From the human T2T-CHM13v2.0 reference genome, Homo sapiens: a stretch of DNA of 64,000 bases. The notes below the pieces were generated by a model. That model made no database searches. It was given only the letters and a program-made list of their open reading frames with translations, and was not told where the DNA came from. The position numbers and the translations under genes are program-made. How positions within the stretch are numbered: the stretch's first letter is position 1; every line of letters starts with the position of its first letter. The stretch lies in assembly GCF_009914755.1 (NCBI RefSeq), contig NC_060931.1; one strand, 5' to 3'. Positions 16,502 to 30,346 of the stretch are shown one piece after another.

Positions 16502-17682
16502 TCAACCCATGACGAATCTTGAAGAATGATGGATTGTCATATGAGCTAAACAGCCAAGGCTATACCAGAAACCTAGACATATCAACCTGAAGCCAAAATA
16601 CAGTTTTATGACTACCAATTTAATTGGAAAGTATTTTTGAATGGCCCATAGGCTTACTTTCTCTCAATGCACAATATTTCTAAACAGTGAGAAAGAATTT
16701 CATTTTGCTTTAGTTTCCATTGTTTCTGGAGCCAAAGCAAAACATTTGTGCTTTTTGTTGACGTTGCTTTTTATTGATGTTGCTTTTTTAGTCTGTACAT
16801 GATAAGCTCTGGTGCAGAAAGGAGAGAAAAATGAAGGCATATACATCAGAAAAGGTCACCTCTGAAACTGGCTTTGGCTTTATAGGACATAAATGCTATA
16901 CAATGACTAACAGGGAATTTAATATAAGATTTTTTTATACTTGATACCATTTCAGTCTTAAGACTATATTTTTAGTAAATTATTGTAAATATATAGTTTT
17001 GCAAGTCTATTGACTGTTTATTGATATAATCAGAGTGCCACAAAAAGATTTGAGAATTGCCAGCAGCCACATATCCTCTCATAGAAACATCATTCTAACC
17101 CCCTTCAAAACATCACAGAAAAGGGAATCCAGACCATAAATTCTTTAGAAGAGACTATTTTTCTTTTAATGGGGTGAATTGCCAGAAATTCTTTGAAATG
17201 AGGAATCCTATGTCATTTCTCAATAATGTGGGAGAGTGAGCTATGTGATTGTGTATAGTAACTCCTCTGCTGCCATGCTGTGGTATGAGTGAAAGTTCAG
17301 AGATCAAAGTGACTCCAAGATGCCCTAATTCAGGTAACTTGAAGATGCAGGTTTGACTTGTACATGAAAAAATTAACTTTATGCTACATCACATGTTGCA
17401 GCTAATGTCAGTGCTCAAAGAGGATGTCGGAGTTGCAGTTCCATCTTTCCCCACAGGGCTGCACACTCTGGGATCCAATAGTCCCCACTACAGTGTAGAC
17501 AGATGATTCCCAATCTATATAAACATTTCAACTCCACCCTTGACATACTTGTAAAGCTCTCAACATCTAAATAACCTTCCTAAGTCTAGAGAGTCCTGTT
17601 CCCTACTAGTGGCCAGTGAAATGACAGTGAAGTTCCTAAAACGTAAAAGTCATCCCGGGAGCAGCAGCAGAGCAATGTGCTT

Positions 17683-17703
17683 GGAGCTGTCCATGGTGCT
17701 GAC
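17683..17703 (-). promoter_or_regulatory. RE1/NRSE element (REST/NRSF binding site)
   Basis: Plus strand GGAGCTGTCCATGGTGCTGAC = minus strand GTCAGCACCATGGACAGCTCC. Both half sites (TCAGCACC, GGACAG) are intact with the canonical 2-nt spacer. Confidence 0.85.
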
Positions 17704-19109
17704 TATTCATTCAGCTTCCATGTAACTTGGATCCACCTGCATTGGCCGTAACAGAGAGTACCCAGAATAGCGTGGCCCATTTAACCCCAAATTCTTTCTG
17801 GTTCTGTTCTCCTAGTGGGGACTGTGTTAACTTATTTGTTAACACTGTGGGACCATGAAAACCATCTGACCCACCTCCTCCTGCCCTTTGCCTTCTCTGC
17901 CAGATATACTGACCTTACCTTGACAAATTTTTCCCCTGGTTAGATTTTGTGACTGCATAGTACATGACTACTCGCAAGGACACCCCTCCAAATCTCAAAC
18001 CACACACCAAATCTTGCCCTTTCTCACCTTTTCTTGTTTGTTTTCAGAGGACCTGGGAAGGAAACCATGGATAACTTAGTGAGATCTACCTCTTACTAGG
18101 TAAAAATTTCCCAAATATCAAAAGTATGTGCATTCCTATATCCTAACGAAAATAAGTCAGCCATCTGACTTTCACTTTAGAAGAAATTATATGTATGTGC
18201 GAGTAGGGGTTGTGTGGGGGGAAGGGAATAGGGGAGCATTCTATAGCAAAATATATAGCCCTACACCATTTCTTTGTCCTATTTGGATACCGATACTCCC
18301 ACTTCCTGAGCTACTAAGAGTCCAGCAGTAAAATGACTTACACAACTCCCACCCTGCCTATAATAATGAGCCACCCTTTCTAAAAATGAGCAGAAAGTGT
18401 GAAAATTGAGTGTTTGAAACCAAAACTAATTATCTCAAATTACTACCTTCAGTCAGTCACTTCCAGGCTGTTTAATTAGCAGTCAGCCTCATGTTTAGGA
18501 TTAATTAAACAGGTGTAAAGGGTATATAAAATAAAAGTGCAGATAGAAGATGGTTGTTTGATTAATTCAGTAATGGACTTTCTCCCCAAAGTCTTGAAGA
18601 GTTTTCTCTTTGCAGATCAATGTGTGGGAAAGCAATGCAAGAGTATGCATTTGTATTTTTATTTTTTCACTCTACAATAATACACATCAGGGTATATGAA
18701 TAGTATTTCAAGACAAGTTTTCAAGTTTTCATGAAGTCACATCTCATTTTTATTTTATTGTGGTAGACCCCTAAGCATTGGTTCATTAAGCATTTTAATT
18801 TCTGTCCCAGCATCCCCAGTATTTCTACCACCCGCAAATTAAACCCTACTGGCAACTGAAGTAAAAATTTTTTAAAGACCTGGAATGTTCCTTTTATTTT
18901 CCCTACATCAAATTCACTGCAACTACCCACTTAACCTTGGAGGTTTCATCTACCAGAAACACAGCAATGGAAAAAAAGGTGGTGAATGGTGAAGAGAAGC
19001 GGAGGAAAAAAATGAAAGGAAAAAGAAGAAAAGCATCCCAAGAAAAGAAGTTGCTAGGAAAAGCACCCATTATCAGTTCCCCCATCCTTTAAAAAAAAAA
19101 GTAGTGTCT

Positions 19110-19540
19110 TTTATAAGCCTCTGTTAACTCCCATGGCCAATGTAAAGGATAAAATACAAACTCTTCGGTCTGGTTCACAAAGATCATCAGATTCTGTCTC
19201 ATCTTCCTCCCCTGACCTGTACCTTCTCTCCATATTCTCACAGCATCTGCACCCTTCTCCATACCAGGGAGATTTAATGCTCTCCTCTATCTAATGATCC
19301 TCTATACAAATTCAATATCCAGCTCAAAAGTCACCTCCATCTGGGGACAGTTCACTAACTCCATCAGGCAGAGCTGTCTTTTGCTATTCCTGTCTTCCAA
19401 AGCCTCCGCCATCTAACATTAGAATCATGACTCTGCTGGCTTATGATCCTCTCAAGACCAAGCAGGGTCTCTGTTTCTTTATTTGGCATCCCCAACACCA
19501 GGCAGACCAAGTGCTCAATGAATGTTTGAGGGCAATTAAT
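19110..19540 (+). mobile_element. L2 3' fragment
   Basis: CAGCTCAAAAGTCACCTCC...GTGCTCAATGAATGTTTGAG. Confidence 0.6.
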
Positions 19541-19613
19541 TAATTAAACTGCTGCAGGAAATTTAATACAGCTTCTTCCCCACCACCTCCTCCCTTGCAT
19601 TCCACCAAAATAT

Positions 19614-20040
19614 TGTGCAGGCTATTCTCCATTCGACCCTCCTGATCCTTCCCTATCCTGCCAAAGACCCTAGGAGGCTGCTCTCTATGACCATACTGCC
19701 TGGGCTTCCTTGCCTCTGGCTTCTAGTTGAGTTTGTCCCGGAGGCACTAGCAGAACATGGGAGGGCGAGGGGCGACAGAAAGAAGTTAGAGTATTTATCC
19801 CACAGTTTCTTTTTCCACTGGCTCTGTTTCTCCACCTAACCCCTCACCCACAGCTAAAGCTTTTGCCAGATTCCAGTGACCACTCTGTACCATTGCCCCT
19901 GTAAGGTCTCCCCACTGCTGTTGGCTCCGAAGCACTTCATCATCCCTTGTTTTTTCTAACTGTGCCCACACTTACAAATAATCTTTTTGTGAACTGCCCT
20001 TTCATTACCCCTGGGTGTGCCAGAAGCCTGATGAACACTC
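19614..20040 (+). mobile_element. LTR33-like ERVL LTR
   Basis: GGCTTCCTTGCCTCTGGCTTCTAGTTGAGTTTG...GGAGGCACTAGCAG...GAGTATTTATCCC resembles the LTR33 core. Confidence 0.65.
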
Positions 20041-21509
20041 CCCTATGACAAGTCTCTGTAGAAGACAACACTGCTGTGGCTCCCCAATCTCAGCCCTGCC
20101 CTAACTTCTTAGCCCTTCTCTAGCCACCTGCCCTTCCAGCCTTCTCTACCACTGTCCCTAGGTGACTTTCTCATTTCCTTTCTTCTTCATTTCCCTAAGG
20201 CATCCTACTGCATATTTGAAAACACCTGTCATTTTGCTTTCCTTCATTTCTTATTTTCTTTGTGCTGAGACTTCATAAAAATATCATATGTGCTTAAATA
20301 AGGCCATATTTCTATTACTCAAATGAAGCATATTTGAGTCAATTAATTATACAACTCAGGACACTCATCATCCTCTTTTTTTAAAAAAAAATTGTTTTGG
20401 ATTCCACTTTTCTAACAATTATTTTGGTTAGGAAAAACGCTTTTTCTTCTCTCACTATATTCTCACTTCAGCCCACAGAAGAGGAGATTCCTACCTCCCA
20501 ACTCCATTCTCTTTGGGAGCTCCAGAACAAACATTTCCTCTCTCACTCTCCGTTCCTTTACTGACTTTCCCCAACATGGAGGGGGAAAGAAATCAAAGCC
20601 AGAGTTCTACGTTTATTGGGCAAAAGGGGATAGCAGGCTCTCTCTTTATTCTCTGACCTGTCCACATACATCTCAGGCTTCTTTTCTCTATAATGTCATG
20701 AGACCATGCTGGGCCTCAATTCTTGGAAAGGAAGCCCACCCTCTTCTCTCCATATTCCACTGGCAACCAGACATTTGAGAAATACTTGAAGTCCATGCTA
20801 CTCACTGCAAGTGAACTTTAAGTCTTCCGTGCAGGCAGAAGTGGGTCCCAAGGTTGAGATATGGTGCAAGAGTAGGAGGCACAGGTTCAAGCTGAATTAT
20901 CTCGAACGCAGTTCTTAGCAGATAGTCATGTGCCTGGGGAGTTATTTGGTGCTTGCCCAGATGTTAATAAAGCTAATTACTTAATCTACATTTAACTAGC
21001 TATTCTGTGAATATTGGACTTGCAAACTCTGAGAAATTCCAAAAATTTAACTTAGAGCTCAAGATTAAAATTATATTTCAAAAGAAATTCATTTACATAT
21101 ATTATTAATAGGAGTTAGCAGAGATTATTGTCTTCTAGTGTCTGTTCTCCTTCTAGATGAAACCTCCAGTTTTTACCTAACCACCCAGAACGTGACTACA
21201 TTTCCTGGCCTTCCTTGAAATGGTAAGTGAAGCTTCTGAAAAGGATCCTTAAAGGGAGAAGGCATGCCTTTTTCATGATCCTCCCTCTTTCTTGCTGGCT
21301 AGAATTTGGACATAATGCCTGGAACTCCATTAGCCATCTTAGGCTATGACCTAGCAATGGTGGAGCAAAAAGCCACACCCTAGTCCAAGCCACTGTGATA
21401 TCTGGATTCCTAAAGCCACTTGACTTTTCTTCATGCTTCCATTCATGCTCTTCTCAAATCTATGCCACACCAGCAAGAAAACTGGTATTTTACAAAAACA
21501 GATCTTAAA

Positions 21510-21805
21510 GGCTGGGTGCGGTGTCTCACGCCTGTAATCCCAGCAGTTTGGGAGGCTGAGGTGGGCAGATCACCTGAGGTCAGGAGTTCGAGACCAGCCT
21601 GGTCAACACGGTGAAGCCCCATCACTACTAAAAATACCAAAACTTAGCCAGGCATAGTGGTGGGCACCTGTAATCCCAGCTACTCAGGAGGCTGAGACAA
21701 GAGAATCACTTGAACCCGAGAGGCAGAGGTTGCAGGGAGCCGAAATCACACCATTGCAATCCTGGGCACCAAGAGCAAAACTCTGTCTCAAAAAAAAAAA
21801 ACACA
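21510..21805 (+). mobile_element. AluSq/Sx-like
   Basis: Full dimer; TSD AAAACAGATCTTA / AAAATAGATCTTA. Confidence 0.95.
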
Positions 21806-21819
21806 AAATAGATCTTAGA

Positions 21820-22270
21820 AAAATCTTGTTTAGAGTCCTTCAATCATTTCCCCATTGCCCTTAGAATATAGCCCAGACCTCCTGTCACAGGATCCTTTGA
21901 ACTGGCAACTGACCACCTATCCCTCTCACTCACCTGATCCAACTACACTGGCTTCCTTTTTGTTTCACCTGCAGCACTCATACATATCACCACAAACATT
22001 TTCCCAAGTAAGTCCTTCCTGGCCTTTCTCATCCTTCAGCCTCAGCTCAACAGACCTTCCCTGACCACCCCATCTAGTGTTGTCTCCTCACCTTCCATTA
22101 TGACCTCATCACTCTACTTATTTCCTTCCTCTTTCACCACCTGCATTAATTTGTGTATTCTGTTTCCCCTACTAACATGTAGATTCCACAGGGTTATTTT
22201 CTGCATTGTTCACAGATGTAACATGAGCTCCCATGAGATAGTAGGTGTTCAATAAATATTCATTGAAAGT
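21820..22270 (+). mobile_element. L2 3' fragment
   Basis: CACTGGCTTCCTTTTTGTTTC...CCTTCCCTGACCACCCCATCTA...TAGTAGGTGTTCAATAAATATT. Confidence 0.7.
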
Positions 22271-24599
22271 AAAATGAGCCCATCCATCCATTAATCAAGA
22301 ACCCCTTTTGTTATTTTCTTCCATGTATCCTAACTTTGAAATATTTTTCTATAAAACTATTTAAGTTAAAACACCACCCATTTCCAATATTCTCTTTTAA
22401 TCAAAGATCTGTTCAGCTGCAAAACTTCTGATCAGCACAAGGCATCTGTTTTTACCAAGCTGAAGTGATGGAATTCCAGTTCAAATCACCGAAGTGCCGC
22501 TTCAGTTGTAGCCTGTGCAGTCTTCTCGTAGGGAAGCTTACAACTGCCACTTTGCTTTTTGAAATGCCAAAAATGGCCATGAAAACTTCATAACTACCTT
22601 GGCAAACACCTTGACAGCCCACGGACTTCAATGTGTCATTAAAGAATAAAAATTACATTTCTAATCAAAGGTCAACATCATAGATTATTTAATCATTTAC
22701 CCCTTCTTTCTTATCTTTATCTGTAAGATAGATATTCCAGACAGGGAAAAAAGTGCTTACATCTCCCCCAAACCAACTGTGTCTCTCCATGTTGCCTTCA
22801 CTGAGCCTTCCTGTACATGACTGAGTGATGAAATAAAGGGTCTCTGAGGCTCCAAGGGGATCAGAGACTTTTAGATACCAGAAATACTTTTTGTGGCCCA
22901 AGGAAGAACAACTTCAGCTGCCTCAAGGTTTCCCACTGCTTGCACATCAAAACATTGCAATAAGCTTGAAACTTGCCTTGTCTATTCAGAATGCCATAAG
23001 TTTTTCATCTGTTCACCACAGTTACTGGTTTGCTAAATATCCCAAGGAAGCCAAGACACCCCTGACAAGGCTAGCAAAAAGCCACCTAAAGCACAGCTTA
23101 GAGGAAGCTCCTCCAAATTCTAGGAAATTTCAATCTTTCTGCAAGAAACTTGCATACATCTGAGTACAGATTTGCAGACAGAAGACAATTTAAGACCTGA
23201 ATCACGTATATTTTCACCATGAAAAAGGGTTTTTTTTTGTTTTTTCCCCCCTGCCAAAAAAGGTTTTTGTTCTCTGCAAACAACCTTGTCCATTGATCAT
23301 GGAACTTAATTGGTGAAGTAGGTTGGCGGGGTGGGTTCTTTGTGCTACTCAATAACATCATTGGTTTTTTCCAGTGAAAGATCAGCTTGAAGCCACATTC
23401 TTCCCTTAGAGGGTAGTGCTTGACCAAGCACTTTTCCAGTGATGGTGGTTAGCAACAGCAGCCATCAGGATGATAGCTTCCTACCACCTGGCCTTGGGGT
23501 AGATTTGTTTTTGCTGCAAAACTCAGGTCAAAAAAAAGCATAATTATTATAGCCATTAACTTTGTCTTTTTATATACTTGACTGCTCTCTAGTATTAAAA
23601 CTACTAGTTGCTTGTGGCAAAACATCAGTATATAATCAGAAATTAGATATAAATGAGGAGTTAGGGCTAGAAGTCAATGTCCAGCACTGGCCCAACTCTC
23701 CCGACACTGCCCTGAGCTTTCATGCTCCTCCCACCTTCATGAAAACAGGCTAAGGAGAGGGAAAAGAAGAAAGGAAATGTAAAGCCAGAGTGTGAAACAA
23801 AAAAGAAGATGGATGACTACCCCAAGTTTGCATCCAAAAACATGAAGTAGTAGTATTCCTTCCCCAAATCAGGACTGGCTCAGAATAATCCTGTCCTCAT
23901 AGTCGACAGTTATTAAGATTCCTGTTTGTACAAGTTGGTGTCAAATAGGAAATTCAGTCTCTGACCTTTTCTTCTCAGTTGAGTTCCCATAGTTGATTCA
24001 GAGCAGGATGTGAGCCTTTGGGTTTTGATGCACAATGGAGTTTAACAAAAGCAAAGGAGAGGAAGCCTATTGAAATGGGGAAATCATGGGGTCAAGGAGA
24101 GCCAGGAGTACACTATATTGCACCATATTTTTATCTATCTCCCCAACATGAGCTCAGTAAGACCAAGCAAAGCTTTACATACACACCTGCACAAAAGGGG
24201 CCTGTGGTTAGTTAACACAGCTGAGTGTAACACAGTTAGTAGGTTTAAGGTCATGAGTTGAATTCCATTATGGGCCAGGATGAAGACCACACCCCTCACC
24301 AGAATCTTCCTCTCACAAACACAGAGCACATAACAAAGTCAACCAGAGAGAGGAGAGACAAGATCAATCCATTCTCACTGCTAGATGAATAATTCAAAGA
24401 TGGTTTGCTACTAATGGTGAACCTAAAATTTTAGCAGCAAATCATGAGACACACTTTCTTCAAAACATAGTGTTTTTGTATCTATATCTGCCTGAAAGTA
24501 TAAATATATATTACACTTACAAAGTCATATGTTGATTTCAGATAATTCATTTGAATAGACCATTGAATTGTAAAAGGGTACATTTTCTCACCTCCTTTT

Positions 24600-25030
24600 C
24601 ATGGGTATCGTATGAGTCATAGAGGGAAAGAAAACAAATGACTCAAGGAGACTAAATAAAGGGACTATTTTCAAGGCAGGAGCAGCATATAGAGAAGGCA
24701 GTGGAAAGCCACAACCTAGAAGGAGTCAGAGGTCGAGGTTGGCAGTTGTTACCCATGAGCCCTAAGAGAGATAGCAGTTACAGAGTCATGAACGGAAGCC
24801 ACCTTGAGGGGTGCAGTAATCTCTCTAAAAGGACACAGCCAGCCCCTGGCAACCTCAAAAGGAAATTGCATTCTGACCTCTCCCTCATACACACCTCCTG
24901 CTGGGTCTCCCTCTGACCAAATCTATTGGAAGCCAGAGAGCAAGAGAACTTGACTTTGCCTGCACAAAGGAACCTTCCACGGCAGCCAGCAGACAGCAAA
25001 AGAAAGTGGTTGTGGCAGGCCAAGCAGAAG
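24600..25030 (-). mobile_element. LTR33/LTR41-like ERVL LTR
   Basis: CTCCTGCTGGGTCTCCCTCTGACCAAATCTATTGGAAGCCAGAGAGCAAG is the reverse complement of the LTR33-type core seen at ~19700. Confidence 0.45.
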
Positions 25031-25598
25031 CTATCTAGCCCAGGCACCATTAATCATTGCTCACTGGACATGTGAACTAAATGTATGGAGAGCTGTGCAG
25101 ATTTTCAGTTTTCTACATTATATTACTCTTTCATAATTTGATGCTTTCAAATATTTTTGACAGAAAATCTACACTAAGACATTTTGATTTGGCTACTGAA
25201 AATCCCAATCCTAAGATTAGACTAATGAAGTCTGGATTTCTTATGGAAAATAAAATAACTAATATCATGTTTTAGAAAGAAATGTAATGATTTTAATCAA
25301 ATTGGTAATGGCATTTTGACTTCTAACCTGTTTACTTAAAATAAAAGAGAAGCAATCTATGAACATGAAATAATTTACATATAAGCAACCATAATTTTAC
25401 CCCATAAGATTAATAAACCTTTTTTTTTTACATCTGCTAATTACATTTTACAATAAGAAAGCACAACAGCTCCTTAGGAAAAGAATTGTTCTAATCCATC
25501 AAGTCACTAGTAGTGTGGGGATTTTTAAGCCTAACTACCCTAAAAGTTTTACTAGCAAGTTGGATTTAAAACCTTCACTTTCAAAGAAAGGGACTTTA

Positions 25599-25895
25599 GG
25601 CTGGGCCCAGTGGCTTTCATCTGTAATCACAGCCTTTTGAGAGGCTGAGGCTGTAGGATCCCTTAAGGCCAGGAGTTTGAGACCATCCTGGGCAACACAG
25701 TGAGACCTCCATCTCTATAAAACATTAAAAAATTTGCCAGGCATGGTGGTGCACCTGTAGCCCCAGCTACTTGGCAGGCCGAGGCTGCAAGATCACTTGA
25801 GCCCAGGAATTCTAGGTGACAATGAGCTATAATTGCACCACTGTATTCCAGCCTGGGTGACAGAGAAAGACACTGCCACTCAAAAAATTAAAAAG
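25599..25895 (+). mobile_element. AluJ
   Basis: Diverged dimer with J-type GCAACACAGTGAGACC and TTGAGCCCAGGA; TSD GGACTTTA. Confidence 0.92.
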
Positions 25896-26134
25896 AGGAC
25901 TTTAATATTCCAACTAATTTTATAGTTTCTCTAGTTTATAGCATCTCCTTATCTTCAATTTTGCCTTTTTAAAAAATTGAACAGTTTTATTTAAATTTCC
26001 ATATATTTCAGTACTCTGTGATTCTAAAAAATTATAATCAGTGCATATGCAAAATTACACAGAAATTTAGAAGGCTAAACCAATACATACACTTCTTCTA
26101 ATAGTTAAATGTTCTTTAATGGTTACTTTTTTAT

Positions 26135-26425
26135 TAATTCATTCAACAAATTAGCTCCCACTACATGCCAGACACAGTGACAGGCCCTGGAGACAGGACT
26201 GTAAACAACACATGGTCCTCCCAGCCCCATGGAACATATGACCAAATGGAAAAAGCAGGCATTCAATAAATAATCAACCAAATAAACATTTAACGGCAAT
26301 TGTAATGGTTGTTGTGAAAGCTATGAACCTGCCGCTAAGAGTTACAGGGCCACTCACCTGGTCCGCAAGGGACAGGGCAAGCTTCCCTGATGAAGTGACA
26401 TTAAGTTGACACATTGAAAAATGAA
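26135..26425 (-). mobile_element. L2 fragment
   Basis: ATTCATTCAACAAA...TGCCAGACACAGTG...GCTTCCCTGATGAAGTGACATTAAGTTGA. Confidence 0.7.
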
Positions 26426-28314
26426 GAAGAAAAAGGAATGAACACTGAACACCAGCCACAGATTGCCTCTCACTTGAGATCTCCTTCAGATGTGTATACT
26501 ACCCAATTTGCAGAAATGAAGAGGACAGGCAGTCTACTGACAGGTACTTAATTTTAGAAAACTTGCCACAGGCTGAAAAATATTAAACCATAGACCACCG
26601 TCTCCCATGCATATTACAAATAATGTTTTCAAATACTATATGCAAAACTGGGGTTCTTATGCCAGGACTATCAAAAAAATGCTACGTAATTTATCAGCAG
26701 GGACTTGCATTACATTCTCACAGATCTCTGAGTCCTGAGGCTTGTAAGGGTAAGGCATGAATAAATGAATGGATAGATGAAAGGTAAACAGATGAATGAA
26801 AACTGAAGACACTAAGAAGCAACTTTAAGTCAAGAGTCCAGAAAAAAAATAAATGTATACTTATATTACTTATAAGCTCTAATATTTGTTTCCTTCCTTA
26901 GGAAAGTAAAAAATAAGTGATTGAAAAGTAGGAGGAAACTCTCTTCTTTGTACTCAGGCAGTGAAGGCTTTGGGATAGGACTTCAAGCTATATGAGAAGC
27001 AGGTTAGAACTAATTCTAAAAGAACCTGGCTTTGCTTTGCTTTGGTTTGTTTCTTTACAAGGTAATATATATTTTCTGCACCTCTCAAGAGGAGGAAAGA
27101 GAAATACATGCATCTGTCCACCCCTGGAAACTCTGCTCAATGAGGCAGCATCCCAGGGAGACATGGAGAACTGCATTCCCTGATTTCATTCTTTCTGTTT
27201 CTGCCAGTTTCTTTGATATCTTCTTGGAAAAGTTTTCAAGCAGTTTGGGATTTCAAGATGAAATCTCTGATTATTCTTCAAAAGAAAAATTAGGGGAAGT
27301 TTTGAAATGAGCTGCTTAAGACAGTGAAAGTTTTCTATAAAGTGATTTTCTTACATGAGTACAAAAAATAATAAATTACATTGTGTTATAATAGAAAAAC
27401 CAAAACGATGCCATGGCACTTTATTAGCATCATTTGCTAAGTTACTTAAAAATTTAACTCTCCCACCCACTCATTCCCATCACTGCTGACTTCAAACTAT
27501 CACCTAGCATTTAATTTTCCTCTTCTGCTGATTTCCTTACTGTGCAATCACTGCTGTGGTTCAATTTTTCCCCCAAGCATGTCAGCACTAGAACATTATA
27601 AAATAAAAAGTCAGTAATTATAACTAACAAATTGAAGTCAATAAACTTTAAGCTGGCAAATATTCGATTTAGACTGGCATTCTGCCAGCCAATAGTACAT
27701 GATTTGACTCCTGCAAATAAAGAAGAATGTTGATAAGGACGTTTATGCAAGTAAGTTTCCTGGCTGGCAATTTCATGGATTTTTAGTGATTATCCGCATT
27801 CACAAAATCTTAGTCTTCAAGTCATTATTTATCTCCCAGCTAGCATTCAGGTACTGATTCTGAACACCTAATAGCACTGGAAATTCTCATTTACTTTCTG
27901 TTACCTAAGTTAGTAAACTTAGTAGATTAGAAGAAGGTACGCATGAGGTTAAAGGTCTTCATTCGAGCTCCATTTACACAGGGGGAAAACCCACTCCATT
28001 TGCAAAGACCAAAAAGCTGATTTCATAAATGGACATCATTGGTAACAGGAAAAGTTGATAAAAGGATGTAAATGACTCAGAGTCCTTTATTCCACTACAT
28101 ACTACAGAATGCAAGGATATGTTCCTCTGAGAAGGCATCATCTCAGTATCCAAAGGGCAATACATTAAGTTTCCCCTAAACAAATTGATTAGCCCTTTCA
28201 TCCTATGAACATTTTTGGGAAGCCTAGCTTACTGCTCTCTATAAGCCTTCTTTATGTGTCGTATTCCATAATGTGTGCGTATGTGTGTGTGCGTACACAT
28301 GTGTACATGTTCAT

Positions 28315-28510
28315 TTTGCCAACATTTATTTAACATGTTATATTGGCCAAGAACTGTGCTTAGTGCTCTAGCTTCATTTCATGAATGACTAAACCATAAT
28401 CTGGAGAAGTAACTTGCCCAAGACCAAGTAATTTGTAAATGACAGAATAAGATTCAAATCCAGGTAGTCTGACCCCGGATTCATTTCTTAAACTCCTCTA
28501 CTCTCCGCTA
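28315..28510 (-). mobile_element. MIR fragment
   Basis: AAGTAACTTGCCCAAG...GATTCAAATCCAGGTAGTCTGAC. Confidence 0.65.
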
Positions 28511-28965
28511 CTTTGGGTCCATTTTTAAATCTGATATTAATTCTTCAGTAGCTTTTTTTCCCACAGGTGTTCAGCTTCCTCCCCGTTTCCACCTCTGTTC
28601 ACATCTACAACTCCTTTATGGTTGTAAGTCATGGCTTGGCTGGAGCTTGGACATCACCAGCCATTGCCATATATGGTATCACAGTGAATAGGAGATACTA
28701 GCATCTAAGATCAGCTAAATATTATCTGCCTCCATTGGTTTTCATCAATCCCAATTGCTACTGTTCCTTCTGGGGAGGGGGGCCTCCTGGCCCAGTTGGG
28801 TACCAACAAAATGGTCTGAGACAAGTTTGGGGCAGGTTGGACAGCAATCACATAGGTCAACAGGGGAAGGTAAGTGCAAAAAGGGCTAGCCAAGTTCCCA
28901 AGTTCAGAGAGAGCACATCTAAATACAACAGGCGATGGGGAGCAGAGGCAAGAACCAAGAAATGG

Positions 28966-29325
<360 letters not shown>

Positions 29326-30174
29326 TAGAAGATGACTGAAAGGTGTTCCAGGCATAGGGGACAGCATCTGACAGAAACAAACCTATGAAAGGCTATAGAT
29401 TGCTTAGGAAAAGCTAACAATTCAGTAGTCTTGGTGAAAGGTGTTCATGAGCCCAGTTCAGTCTGCTTTCTGTTTGTTTGTTCTCGTTTTTCATTTCAAC
29501 AAGTATTTGTTAAGCACTTACGATATGTCAACACTCTCTTACTTGGCCTAAATGAGAACTCACTCTCCAATTTTCCTCTTAAATCTCTATCTCCTTTGTT
29601 GGCTATTCTTCCCTTGTTTCATCCTTTAAGTGTTAGCATTCCTTAGGATGTGGCCTAGACTCTTTTGTGTTCACTTCATACCCACTCCAAACCTATAAAT
29701 GCAGTCTAAATCTCTCCAGTGAGTTCCAGACCCATGTCTTACTTATTTGACCTCTCTCTTAAGTGTCCAACAGGTATCTCAAAATGACATGCCCAAAACT
29801 TGTCACGCACACCAATCCCAGCATAAACTGAAGATCATCTGGTGCACCAGGGGTCCTCAAGTCATAGCTGGCCAATTGGCTGGGTTCCAGAATTATGTGA
29901 GTGCCACACACTTTCCAATTATGAAGTTTCCAACTATGCAGCTATCATCTATGCATGGCTTTGGTCTGCCTTGTTTAGCCCTCCCTTTTTTATACCTCTC
30001 AGTGGCCAGTTGGCCACCAGAAATGAAGACTCTTTAAAAATTAAATTTAAGGTCCAAATTTCCTCTAGAGGAAAACAAATGCTTATATGTTTTGGTATAA
30101 AAGATATGTTCATGTTGCAAAAGATAAATTCAACAGTATTGACTACAGTAACTGTGGTACTAAGTTTTCTCTAC

Positions 30175-30346
30175 AATCTTGCTACTCAGTGCTATCAGCA
30201 AACCCACAGCATCAGCATCACCTGGGAGCTTCTTAGAAATGTAGAATTTCAGGCCCCACCCCAGACCTACTGAATGAGACTTTGAATTTTAACAAGATCT
30301 CCAGGTGATTCGTGTTCACAATAAAATTGGAAAAGCTCTGCTATAG
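30175..30346 (+). mobile_element. MER5A (hAT-Charlie) DNA transposon fossil
   Basis: CAGCATCAGCATCACCTGGGAGCTTCTTAGAAATGTAGAATTTCAGGCCCCACCCCAGACCTACTGAAT. Confidence 0.85.

Noticed and set aside
17597-17615. Possible CTCF site next to the RE1 (minus strand TGGCCACTAGTAGGGAAC)
   Set aside because: Only the first half matches; the GGC core is missing.
23098-23427. 109-aa ORF in unique sequence
   Set aside because: No ATG start, spans homopolymer runs, no recognisable homology or flanking splice sites.
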